From the NCBI GenBank assembly GCA_041288095.1, contig JBGGMJ010000196.1, positions 1 to 45,950 on the forward strand: a DNA stretch of 45,950 nucleotides, written 5' to 3'. This document shows positions 1 through 8,369 of the stretch, piece by piece; within the stretch, counting starts at the first letter, position 1; every line of letters begins with the position of its first letter. The notes under the pieces were generated by a model that saw only the letters and a program-made list of their open reading frames with translations, did no database searches and was not told the origin of the DNA. Source of the stretch: Myxococcota bacterium. GTDB taxonomy: Bacteria; Myxococcota; XYA12-FULL-58-9; JALHOP01. The position numbers and the translations under genes were made by a program.

Positions 1-885
1 AACCGCAACTGGTTCGGTCTGTCGCGTGTTCGCCATGACCAGCTGAAGAACGATGGTCACCACGAGCTCTTGCAGGCCATTCAGGAATATCAGTCGAAGA
101 CGCAGGCCATGCACATCACGAGTGCGACCCGCCTCAACTCGATGATGTCGATCCTGAACTCGGGCCTGCCCATCGAGTCCATCTTGCTCATGTTCATGGG
201 CATGATGACCGAAAACGAGGAGGACAAGCTCCGCCTCAAGATGGCCGAAATCGTCGTCGCCGAGCAGTTCGAGCGCACGAACCGCAAGCTGCAAGCAGAC
301 CAGAACTTCGCCCGTGACTTGGTCAAGAAGTACGACATGGGCGTCGAGCTGCCCGAGCATCGCGAGAACATCAACCGCGAGCAGCTCGAGAAGATGGCAG
401 GCTTGACCTGGACGCCTCAGGTCACGCCCGAAGACGCGGCCCGCAGCAACGCTCGCGGCAACGCCTTCAAGAAGCTGCGCTCCGACGGCATGGGCGAGCT
501 CCCCGAGAAGCTGGAGAAGATCCAGTTCAAGGACGGCGCGCTCGACGCCGAGGGTCTCAAAGCGGTCGGCCTCTCAGCAGAGAACCTCAAGACGGCCGGC
601 ATCCAAAACGAGAACGATCTCCTCGAGTTCAAGGCGCAGGCGGAAGCGCACAGCGCCAAGTACATCGAAGACCTCATCGGCGAGCAGCCGGTCGCACGCG
701 AGGCCCGCTTCGTCGACGTCACGCTGAATCCGATGGACTTCGGCTTCACCACCAAGCCGTCACAAGCCTTGGTGCAAGAGCTCCAAGTTCAGATGCAGAA
801 CTACAAGCAGATCATGGAGACCTTCACTTCGGTCATCCGCATGCTGCAAGACATCGTGGCGCGCATCGTTCAGAACATTCGCTAG
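1..885 (+). CDS. Hypothetical helical protein, 5'-truncated by the window edge; C-terminus resembles T3SS needle (SctF) C-termini
   Basis: Frame 1 is open from base 1 (NRNWFGLSRV...) to TAG at 883-885; strong GC3 codon bias; ends ...LQVQMQNYKQIMETFTSVIRMLQDIVARIVQNIR. Confidence 0.85.
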   Translation, partial: NRNWFGLSRVRHDQLKNDGHHELLQAIQEYQSKTQAMHITSATRLNSMMSILNSGLPIESILLMFMGMMTENEEDKLRLKMAEIVVAEQFERTNRKLQADQNFARDLVKKYDMGVELPEHRENINREQLEKMAGLTWTPQVTPEDAARSNARGNAFKKLRSDGMGELPEKLEKIQFKDGALDAEGLKAVGLSAENLKTAGIQNENDLLEFKAQAEAHSAKYIEDLIGEQPVAREARFVDVTLNPMDFGFTTKPSQALVQELQVQMQNYKQIMETFTSVIRMLQDIVARIVQNIR

Positions 886-892
886 AGTCGCT

Positions 893-2134
893 TCAAGGGC
901 TGTCGTCGCCGCCGACCTCGCGCGGCGCGACGTCCTCGATGGCGATGCCGGCGAGAGGCGGAAGATTCGGCTGTGCGCCGTCGCGGAATGGTGCGTGTGT
1001 CGCCCATTCAGGGAGCAGCGCACGCAGCTGCCGCGCCTCGTCGTCGCAGGCCCGAGCCACGGCTGTCCGCAACTGCGGATGGTCGATGTGGTGGGCGCTG
1101 TGCACGACCACCGGCACGAAACCGCGCTTGAGCTTGTGGTCGCCCTGGGCACCGGCCTCGACGAGCGTCTGCTTGGTGAGAATGGCGTGCTCGATGAGCT
1201 GGTAGTAGCAGAGCTCGAAGTGCAGGTTGTCGACGTGCTCGAGCGCGCCCCAGTAGCGGCCGAAGAGGTGCCTGCCCGCTTCGAAGCTCAGGGTGCCGGC
1301 GATGACCTTGCCGCCGCGCTTGGCGAACGTGAGGAGCGCCTGTTTGCCGACCGTTTCGCCTGCCTGTGCGAAGAAATCCCTGGTGAGGTACGGGCTGCCC
1401 CATTTGCGGTCGGTGGTGCTGCGGTAGAGCTTGAACATCAGGGCCCAGTCGCGCTCGCTCGCGTCGTCGCCCCGCAAACGCTCGATGGTGACGCCCTGCT
1501 CCGCGACTTTGCGGCGCTCTCTTTTGATTTGCTTGCGATTCTCGTGTCGCAGCGTCGAGAGGAAGTCGTCGAAGGTCGCGTAGCCGCCGTTGCGCCAGTG
1601 ATATTGATGCGTCGCGCGTCGCGTGAAGCCGGCGTCGGCGAGGATCTCGGCTTCGTCATCCAGGCAGAAGAGCACGTGGGCCGACGAGCTGTCCGTTTTA
1701 GCGGCCAGCCCAAGCAGGCCGCCGACGAGGACCCGCGCGACCTCGGCGCGATTCGCGTCCGGGTGCGTGAGGATGCGCCCCCCGGTTGCCGGCGTGAACG
1801 GCACGGCGACGGTGACCTTGGGGTAATACGCGATGCCCGCCCTTTGCGACGCTTGGGCCCAGGACCAGTCGAAGATGTACTCACCATAGCTGTCGCCGCG
1901 TAGATACGCGGGCATGGCGCCCACGAGCCGCGGACCCTCACGGGCCACGATGTATTGCGGCACCCAGCCCGTGGCCTCGCTGCCGACGCAGCCACTGGTT
2001 TCGAGCAGACGCAGGAAGGCGTGGGTTACGAACGGCGAGTCGTAACCGAGGAGCGAGTCCCACTCCGAAGCGGGAATGTCGGCGAGGCTCTCGTGCACCG
2101 TGACGGTGAGGCCTGCCGCGCGGGGGGTCGGCAT
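893..2134 (-). CDS. FemAB-like GNAT family protein (COG3146-type)
   Basis: Motifs SYGEYIFDWSWA, AVPFTPATG, GRYWG, LHFELCYYQ, EAGAQGDHKLKRGF. Confidence 0.9.
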   Translation of the reverse strand: MPTPRAAGLTVTVHESLADIPASEWDSLLGYDSPFVTHAFLRLLETSGCVGSEATGWVPQYIVAREGPRLVGAMPAYLRGDSYGEYIFDWSWAQASQRAGIAYYPKVTVAVPFTPATGGRILTHPDANRAEVARVLVGGLLGLAAKTDSSSAHVLFCLDDEAEILADAGFTRRATHQYHWRNGGYATFDDFLSTLRHENRKQIKRERRKVAEQGVTIERLRGDDASERDWALMFKLYRSTTDRKWGSPYLTRDFFAQAGETVGKQALLTFAKRGGKVIAGTLSFEAGRHLFGRYWGALEHVDNLHFELCYYQLIEHAILTKQTLVEAGAQGDHKLKRGFVPVVVHSAHHIDHPQLRTAVARACDDEARQLRALLPEWATHAPFRDGAQPNLPPLAGIAIEDVAPREVGGDDSP

Positions 2135-2176
2135 GGCGGCAGTGTAATCACGAATGGCGGCGGGCGCATGGACAAG

Positions 2177-3817
2177 CTAGTGCGAGAAGCGCTCCGAGCC
2201 TTGTTCCCACTCGCTGACGCGGTTTTTCACGTCGAAGGTGCAAGGGAGGGGCGGCGTTTCCTTGAGGCGGTAGGTGCCGTCCATGTGGACGCTATAACGA
2301 CTGGCGATGCGGTCGGCGTCCTTCTTGAACGTATCCAAGGCCTCGCCGAGGACCGCGACGTCGTCCGCTGTCGAGTACACACCGAGCGAGGCGCGCACCA
2401 TGCCGGGGATGTTGCGGCGGTCGCCTTGCACCATCTGCGCGCGGAAGCACTTTTCCTCCTCGCAGCCGAAGCGCATGAGCTGCTTGACGTACGGGTGGGC
2501 GCAGAAACAGCCGTCACGAACCGCGATATTGTGGACGTCGTTCAGGTAGGCCGCGACGAGCCCGTGCTCGTAGCCCAGGACGTTGAACGAGACGACGCCA
2601 GCGCGATGGACGCGAGCGATGTCGGTGGCGCCGTAGACCTTCACGCCATCGATGCGCAACAGCCGCTCCATGAGCTTGCCGGTAAGCTCCTCTTCGGCTT
2701 CGGCGACCACGTCCATCCCGACGCGGTCGAGCATCTCGGCGATGAGGCCCATGGCGATGGTGCCGGGGATGTTCGGAGTCCCCGCCTCTTCGCGCGCCGT
2801 GACCTGCTTCTTCACGTCGTAGTCGTCGATGGCCACGTATTCGACCATGCCGCCGCCGACATCGCTGATACAGCGGTTGCATTCGAAGGTCGCCATGTTG
2901 CCGATGAGGGCGCCGCGGCTGCCGGGGGCGTAGAGCTTGTGGCCCGAGAGGGTGACGAAGTCGATGTCCGAGCTCGCGTCCGCCTGGTGCAATTCCACTT
3001 TGGCGTGCGGGATCCACTGCGCGGCGTCGACGAGGATTTGCGCGCCGCACTGGTGCGCGACCTTCGCCATGCGGCGGACGGGATTGACGATGCCGGTGAC
3101 ATTCGAGACGCCGGTGACCGCGACCAAGCGCACGCGGTTGCCTTCACTGGCCATGATGCGCTCGAACTCGTCCATGTCGAGCGTCCCGTCGGCGCCGTTC
3201 ACACCGACGACGCGGACGTTGTGCTTACCGACCGCTTCGAGCCACGGGAGCAGATTGCTGTGGTGCTCCATGATGGTCGTGACGATGAGCGGACGCGCCT
3301 CGAGCGCGTCGAGGGCCGTTTGCATGGCGGTGCCGAGTGAGTCGCGCAACATGCGGCGGAACTCGGGCGGCACCCCCTTGGGAAAGCGCTTGACGATGGC
3401 GCGGAGCTCCGGCGGGAACAAGGCGCGCGAGAGGAAGTTGCTGGCGCCGGTGGCGCCGTTGGCGGTGAAGAGGACGACGTCGCGCTGCGGATCGTAACCC
3501 AAGAGTCGGCCAATGGCGTCGCGGCTGTACTCGATAGCGGCCGTGGTATCGCGGCCGGCGCGGTGCGCTTCGGTGTGACTGTTGGCGCAGGCGTGCGCGT
3601 AGTACTCGTTCAAGCTATCGGCGATGAGGCGCGGCATGAGCGCGGTCGCCGTGGTGTCGAGATAGACGCGGCGCTTGGTCGCGAGCGAGCCGTCCAAGGT
3701 GACGACCGGGTCGTGGCGGTCGAGGCCCATGAAGTCCTTGGCGAGCCGCGAAAACAGAGCGCTGCGCTTGGCGCGCGATGGAGCATTGACGGGGGCGTGG
3801 GTCTGTAAGGTGCTCAT
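2177..3817 (-). CDS. Class V PLP-dependent aminotransferase, SufS/cysteine desulfurase-like
   Basis: YLDTTAT, MEHHSN, LVDAAQ, SGHK (PLP lysine), AGTPN, VRDGCFCAHP (catalytic Cys loop), VRASLG. Confidence 0.9.
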   Translation of the reverse strand: MSTLQTHAPVNAPSRAKRSALFSRLAKDFMGLDRHDPVVTLDGSLATKRRVYLDTTATALMPRLIADSLNEYYAHACANSHTEAHRAGRDTTAAIEYSRDAIGRLLGYDPQRDVVLFTANGATGASNFLSRALFPPELRAIVKRFPKGVPPEFRRMLRDSLGTAMQTALDALEARPLIVTTIMEHHSNLLPWLEAVGKHNVRVVGVNGADGTLDMDEFERIMASEGNRVRLVAVTGVSNVTGIVNPVRRMAKVAHQCGAQILVDAAQWIPHAKVELHQADASSDIDFVTLSGHKLYAPGSRGALIGNMATFECNRCISDVGGGMVEYVAIDDYDVKKQVTAREEAGTPNIPGTIAMGLIAEMLDRVGMDVVAEAEEELTGKLMERLLRIDGVKVYGATDIARVHRAGVVSFNVLGYEHGLVAAYLNDVHNIAVRDGCFCAHPYVKQLMRFGCEEEKCFRAQMVQGDRRNIPGMVRASLGVYSTADDVAVLGEALDTFKKDADRIASRYSVHMDGTYRLKETPPLPCTFDVKNRVSEWEQGSERFSH

Positions 3818-3948
3818 GCCGATCGCTCCGGCGGAGGCAGCGATTGCCCCCGCCCGTGAAACATTAGCGTTGCCGCTACTTGAGGCGGCCTATGGATAGC
3901 GCGAAGCTGGCGCGCATACATCACGCACAGCGTCGAAGGGGGCGAATC

Positions 3949-4491
3949 ATGGCAAGCGAGCTGGTTTCTCGGCGTGCAATTTACAAGGGTCGCACCATCA
4001 AGGTGAGCGTGGACACTGTCCGCTTGCCCAACGGAAAGGTCCTCGACCTCGACTACGTGGAGCATCCCGGCGCCGCGGCCATCGTGCCGATGCACGAGGA
4101 CCAGACCGTGACGTTGATCCGGCAATACCGCTACTCGGCGGGTGGCGAATGGATCATCGAGATTCCGGCAGGCAAGCTCGACCACGGCGAGGCTCCCGAG
4201 ATTTGCGCCAGCCGCGAGCTCGTCGAGGAGGTCGGGCTGCGGGCTGGGACGCTCCAACCGCTCGGTTTCATCTATGCAACGCCCGGGTTTTGTAACGAGA
4301 GAATCTACCTGTTCCTCGCCACCAACCTCGTCGACGTCGGCCAGCAGCTCGAGGAAGACGAGCTCCTCGAGGTGAAGCGCGTGCCCTTCCGTGAGGCCGT
4401 GCGCATGGCCGTCAATGGCGAAATCAGTGACGCGAAATCGGCGACGGCGCTGCTGCGGGCAGCGGCCATGCTGGGGATTTCGGTCGTTTGA
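3949..4491 (+). CDS. nudF: NUDIX hydrolase, ADP-ribose pyrophosphatase-like
   Basis: HPGAAAIVP, RQYRY, Nudix box GKLDHGEAPEICASRELVEEVG, TPGF, ISDAKS; ATG 3949 follows SD-like GAAGGGG. Confidence 0.85.
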   Translation: MASELVSRRAIYKGRTIKVSVDTVRLPNGKVLDLDYVEHPGAAAIVPMHEDQTVTLIRQYRYSAGGEWIIEIPAGKLDHGEAPEICASRELVEEVGLRAGTLQPLGFIYATPGFCNERIYLFLATNLVDVGQQLEEDELLEVKRVPFREAVRMAVNGEISDAKSATALLRAAAMLGISVV

Positions 4492-4644
4492 GTCAGGCGC
4501 GCAGACGTCCTGCATTGTCGCGGCTCCGATTGCTTTATCGGCAGCCGCGGCCCGCTGGTTCGGCCTTTTTCGTTTGCGCGTCGCAATTTGCGACGTTTGC
4601 CGGCGCCTGACCCTCGGAACGGCGTTCTTTGAGCCTTCTGAGCG

Positions 4645-4660
4645 CGGTCCGACGCTTGCA
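4645..4660 (+). promoter_or_regulatory. Putative sigma54 -24/-12 promoter
   Basis: CGGTCCGACGCTTGCA = GG-N10-GC with TTGCA -12 element, 47 bp upstream of ATG 4708; palindrome CGTCGCAA-T-TTGCGACG at 4579-4595. Confidence 0.45.
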
Positions 4661-4707
4661 TTGGGGCCCTTGGGCGCCGCCTGACGCGGTGCCGGAGGCC
4701 ATTCCCC

Positions 4708-5220
4708 ATGCAGGTTTACAAAGCTTGGTCCGTAGCGTTCGCGAGGGCGTGCCAGGGCGAGGCGCCAAACCCGGCGGCGCCGACCGTCGTCGTCCCGCCA
4801 ATCACCGTGGTGGTGCGCCGGCGCAAACGCCGGAGCGCCAGGGCAGCGCAGCCCTGCCCTCTTCGGCCGCGGCCCGAAGCTCCCCGCGCCGCATCGACTC
4901 GGCCCAAACCGCCGCCGTTGACCCCGGCGAGTCCCGAAGTAACCGCGGCTTGGCTACGCCGAGCGGTCGAGCTGTGCCACGCGGCGCGAGAAGCCGGCAG
5001 CGAAGGTCTGGCCACCGTGCTCGCGGGGCGCCTCGATGACGAGCTGGCGGCGAGCCTACGCGGCGTACGCGCTAGCGGACAACTGCGCGCCGCCATCGAT
5101 GCGGCGTTGACGGCCAAGGGCATCGAGCCGCGCCCCGATGTTCCACTCGAGCGGATCATCCAGTCGGCTCTGCGCCGGCACGCCCTACGACCATGGCTCG
5201 AGGCTCTGCAGCGCCGATGA
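4708..5220 (+). CDS. Hypothetical protein (basic, Pro-rich N-half; helical C-half)
   Basis: ATG with upstream GGAGG; fills the gap between nudF and the convergent gene ending at 5227. Confidence 0.55.
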   Translation: MQVYKAWSVAFARACQGEAPNPAAPTVVVPPITVVVRRRKRRSARAAQPCPLRPRPEAPRAASTRPKPPPLTPASPEVTAAWLRRAVELCHAAREAGSEGLATVLAGRLDDELAASLRGVRASGQLRAAIDAALTAKGIEPRPDVPLERIIQSALRRHALRPWLEALQRR

Positions 5221-5226
5221 CGACGC

Positions 5227-6615
5227 TCAGCGACGGCGGCGGGGCCCCAGTGCTTCTTCGATCGATTCGACCTGTTCCTCGGGTCCGCTGCTCGGCGCGT
5301 CCGGCCAACCGGCGCGGCGGAGGCGCGCGAGGTCCGCCATCAAGGCACCCACCGCCCAGGTGAGCAGGCGCGGAATCGCGAGGTCGACCTCGATGATCGT
5401 GCGGATCTTGCCGCCCGACATCTTGTCCTCGATGCGACCAACCTTGTCGTCGGTGTCGGGTGCGAGCAGATTCGCGAGGAACGACTTGGGCCCGCTGCGC
5501 TCCTCGACCAAACGGAAGGCGACGCGTTCCTGCGAGTCGCGCAGCGTGCCCTTGAGCTGCACGCGCTTGCCGGTCGCCGACTCGGCGACGGCGGGCGTCG
5601 TGAGCTCGAAGGTTCCAACCGCGGAGCCATCGGCGTTGCGCACCCGCGCGGTCTGGGCGTTCTGGCGGGGCACGACCATGTCGACGTAGGCGAAGATGAG
5701 CTTCTCGGGGGTGCGAAACACCAGGAACTCGTGCTCCTTGTGGATGGTCCCGTCAGCGTAGGCGACGGCCTCACCGCCGGGGTCGAGTACGCTCAAGCGG
5801 ACGGGGCGGGCGTCCCATTCGCAGCGCAGCTCGAAGGTGTGCATGCGCTCCATGTTCTCGAGAATGTCGCGGGCGTGGCCGATGCCGAGGACGTGACCCG
5901 GCGCCACTTTCCACCAGGCACGCAGCTGTTCGACCAGCTGCTTGTCCATGGCGTCGTCGCGCTTCATGCGGCCCCAGGGCACCGAGTCCTCGGTGAGACC
6001 GTGGCGCAGGCGCTGCGGATCGATGTGCAGGCGGCGTTGGAGCACGGAGAGCACGCGCTCGCGCAGTCGGTCGCGTGGATCCTTGCGGATGCCGGCGAGG
6101 CCTTCGGTGTCGACGGCGAGGAGCACGCCGCCGAAGTCGTACGAGATTTGGTCCTTGAACAGGCGGTCGGGCACGAGTTGCGATGCGCCGAATGCGGCTG
6201 AGCCGGTGGCGAGCTGGGTGTCGTTGCCGAAGGCGTCGCTGCCGCGCGGACTGCCTTGCGGATCGTTGCCGAACAACAACGCGCCGCGAAGAGGCATCTC
6301 GCTGTCGGAGCCGCCAAACGCTTCGCTCCCGCGTGGCTTGCCTTTCGGGTCGTTGCCGAAGAGCAAAGCGCCTCGAAGAGGAATCTTGGCGTCCGGGCCA
6401 CCGAAGGATTCACTGCCGCGAGGCGCGCCCTTGGGATCATTGCCGAACAACAAGGCGCCGCGAAGCGGATGACTCGTGTCGCCCTCGCCGAACGCCATCG
6501 AACCGGTGTGTGCGCCCTTGGGGTCCTTACCAAAGGCGTCCGCGCCGACCGGCTGGTTGCCCGTGCCGGGCTGCTTACCCGGATTCAACCCTTGTTTTGG
6601 CGGTCGTTTGCTCAA
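5227..6615 (-). CDS. Protein with N-terminal GxxxFG repeats and a C-terminal LURP-one/scramblase (Tubby-like) type domain
   Basis: TTG start at 6615 overlaps the rimI stop (TTGA) with GAGG SD; 29-aa repeats; C-terminal beta-strand units (VLDPGGEAVA, VRNADGSAVG, LRDSQERVAF, LAPDTDDKVG) followed by a hydrophobic helix (RLLTWAVGALMAD). Confidence 0.75.
   Translation of the reverse strand: MSKRPPKQGLNPGKQPGTGNQPVGADAFGKDPKGAHTGSMAFGEGDTSHPLRGALLFGNDPKGAPRGSESFGGPDAKIPLRGALLFGNDPKGKPRGSEAFGGSDSEMPLRGALLFGNDPQGSPRGSDAFGNDTQLATGSAAFGASQLVPDRLFKDQISYDFGGVLLAVDTEGLAGIRKDPRDRLRERVLSVLQRRLHIDPQRLRHGLTEDSVPWGRMKRDDAMDKQLVEQLRAWWKVAPGHVLGIGHARDILENMERMHTFELRCEWDARPVRLSVLDPGGEAVAYADGTIHKEHEFLVFRTPEKLIFAYVDMVVPRQNAQTARVRNADGSAVGTFELTTPAVAESATGKRVQLKGTLRDSQERVAFRLVEERSGPKSFLANLLAPDTDDKVGRIEDKMSGGKIRTIIEVDLAIPRLLTWAVGALMADLARLRRAGWPDAPSSGPEEQVESIEEALGPRRRR
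6190..6545 (-). repeat. Intragenic 87-bp (29-codon) degenerate tandem repeat, about 4 units
   Basis: ttgccgaa/ttaccaaa anchors at 6266, 6353, 6440 and 6527 (87-bp spacing); peptide PLRGALLFGNDP(K/Q)GxPRGS occurs 3 times. Confidence 0.9.
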
Positions 6616-7067
6616 GGGCGCCTCGGTAGGAGCAGCTCCATGACGATCGCATCTTCGCCGTCGCCTTGATAGTAGCCGGCGCGCACGCCGATCTCGCCAA
6701 AACCGCAGGCCCGGTAGAGGCCGCGGGCGGTGGCGTTGCTCCGACGGACCTCGAGCAGCACGCGGCGGGCACTCCGCGCCTGTGCATCGTCGCGCATGGC
6801 ATCGATGAGCTTCCTCGCGAGCCCAAGGCGGCGATGCTCGGGATGGACGGTGATCCAGTGCAGCTCGACCTCGTCCTCTATCACCCAGTAGATCGCGCAG
6901 GCGACCACACCGACGTCGGGGACCTCGAGGACCAGCACCCGCGACCACGTGAGCGAGAGCTCGTGCTTGTACGCTTCAGCGGTGCGCTCGGCGATGCCCG
7001 ACACGCTCTCGAGCGCCACCAAGCGGTCAACGTCACCGTCGGTCGCGTTGCGGATCGCGGCGTGCAT
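6612..7067 (-). CDS. rimI: Ribosomal protein S18-alanine N-acetyltransferase
   Basis: ITVHPEHRRLGLA, LEVRRSNATARGLY, GF...RAGYY...EDAIVM; ATG at 7067. Confidence 0.85.
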   Translation of the reverse strand: MHAAIRNATDGDVDRLVALESVSGIAERTAEAYKHELSLTWSRVLVLEVPDVGVVACAIYWVIEDEVELHWITVHPEHRRLGLARKLIDAMRDDAQARSARRVLLEVRRSNATARGLYRACGFGEIGVRAGYYQGDGEDAIVMELLLPRRP

Positions 7068-7710
7068 CCTGCACCTCGAGCTCGCCGTGCTTACCCGGCA
7101 GTCGAATTTCGGCGGTGTCGCGTAGCTCGGCGAGCCAACGCTCGAGCGCCTTGACGTATTGGGCGTCGCGATCGGGATCGTCCTCGGAGGCAAGCAACCG
7201 CGCCCGCATGCGCTGATCGATGAATCGCGCGTTGCGGAGGTCGCGCCGCAAGACGCCGCGCAAGCTCTCGAGGGCGATGTCGTAACGGCGCAGGAAGGCC
7301 TCGTACGCCGCCACGGAACGAAAGCCGGTCGCGAAGCGCTCGAGCTCGGCGCCGACCTCTTCTTCCGAGATCTCAGCGGCCCCCAGGCGGCGGGCCTGGT
7401 CGGCAATGAGGATTTGATTGATGAGGTAGTCGCGGAAATCGCGCAGGAACTCTTCGTCGAGCGCCGCTTCTTCCGAGGTCTCGCCACCGCGGTAGGCGAG
7501 CGCGATGCGCGCCTCGGAGACCAGCTCGCTGCGAGTCACGACCTCTTTGTCGACGACCGCGACGATCCAATCGACGAGGTGAGCATCGGCCGGCGCGCCC
7601 GGCTTGCCGGCGGCGGGCGGGGCGGTCTTGGCGGGCCCGCGGGTGCGCCCGTCTTCTTTAGCGGACGGAGGCGCGAGCCACATGGCCGCGACCAGCAGCA
7701 CCGGCCACAT
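7033..7710 (-). CDS. Exported protein with SurA N-terminal-like chaperone domain
   Basis: Signal peptide; VDWIVAVVDKEVVTRSEL, LINQILI, ISEEEV, WLAELRDTAEI; no PPIase domain. Confidence 0.7.
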   Translation of the reverse strand: MWPVLLVAAMWLAPPSAKEDGRTRGPAKTAPPAAGKPGAPADAHLVDWIVAVVDKEVVTRSELVSEARIALAYRGGETSEEAALDEEFLRDFRDYLINQILIADQARRLGAAEISEEEVGAELERFATGFRSVAAYEAFLRRYDIALESLRGVLRRDLRNARFIDQRMRARLLASEDDPDRDAQYVKALERWLAELRDTAEIRLPGKHGELEVQDARRDPQRDRR

Positions 7711-8369
7711 CAAATGAGCTCACGCAGCGTGGCCAGGAGCTCGCCCCGCCCTGCTCCGGTCTTCGACGAGAATGCGACCGATGCGTCCTGGCGCACACCG
7801 AGGGCCTTCTCGAAGGCGCGGGTCCGCGACTTGAGCTCATTCTTGGGGATGAGGTCGATCTTGGTGAGGACCACGAGGAGCTGCCGATTGTGGCCCATGA
7901 TGTGCTCGGCGACACGCAGGTCATCGTCGGTGGGTCCGTCGCGGCGGGCGTCGAAGAGCTGTAGGACCCCGTGCAGACCGCGCCGCTCGGCGAAGTAGTC
8001 GGCAATCATCCGTTGCATGGCTGAGGCCTGCGCTTTCGACATCTGCGCGAAACCGTAGCCGGGCAAATCGACGAGCGCGATGGCGTTCTCGAACAAGAAC
8101 AGGTTCAGGAGCTGTGTCCGCCCCGGCGTACGCGACGTGCGCACGAGCTGCGGCTTCTTGAGCAGCGAGCCCAGAAGCGAGCTCTTGCCGACGTTCGAGC
8201 GGCCGATGATCGCGAACTCGGGAAACTCGTGCTCGGGAAGCTGCGTAACCTTCGAGGCCGAGATGATGAAACGCGTCGGCGGCAAATCGGCGACGCGCTC
8301 GCCCTGGGGGGCCAGGCGCGGATCGAGCTTCGGGCCGAAGCTCTTATCGGCCAGCGGTCGCTTGGCCAT
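7710..8369 (-). CDS. engB: Ribosome biogenesis GTP-binding protein YihA/YsxC
   Basis: GRSNVGKSS, SRTPGRTQLLN, DLPGYGFA, LTKID, FSS. Confidence 0.93.
   Translation of the reverse strand: MAKRPLADKSFGPKLDPRLAPQGERVADLPPTRFIISASKVTQLPEHEFPEFAIIGRSNVGKSSLLGSLLKKPQLVRTSRTPGRTQLLNLFLFENAIALVDLPGYGFAQMSKAQASAMQRMIADYFAERRGLHGVLQLFDARRDGPTDDDLRVAEHIMGHNRQLLVVLTKIDLIPKNELKSRTRAFEKALGVRQDASVAFSSKTGAGRGELLATLRELI

Noticed and set aside
2177..3817. Cysteine desulfurase-like gene as dedicated sulfur donor for LarE
   Set aside because: Chemically plausible, but it is 9 kb away with unrelated genes between, so there is no sequence evidence of linkage
4535..4561. Minus-strand GAAC-N15-GCCGATAA
   Set aside because: Perfect sigma28 -10 but a different -35; points antisense into nudF and is part of a hairpin arm, so it was not counted in the motif set
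4629..5039. Alternative frame suggesting a frameshifted gene
   Set aside because: The 4708 start has its own SD and a promoter candidate; no slippery site or homology evidence seen
6190..6545. Regularly spaced repeats as a possible CRISPR array
   Set aside because: Period is 87 bp (multiple of 3), variation is largely synonymous, the repeats lie inside a CDS, and no cas genes are present
6616..6948. ORF-track N-terminal extensions (5227..6948, 14309..16147, 42757..44376, 31112..32161 and others)
   Set aside because: They overlap neighbouring real genes; downstream starts have SD sites, signal peptides or stop-start coupling
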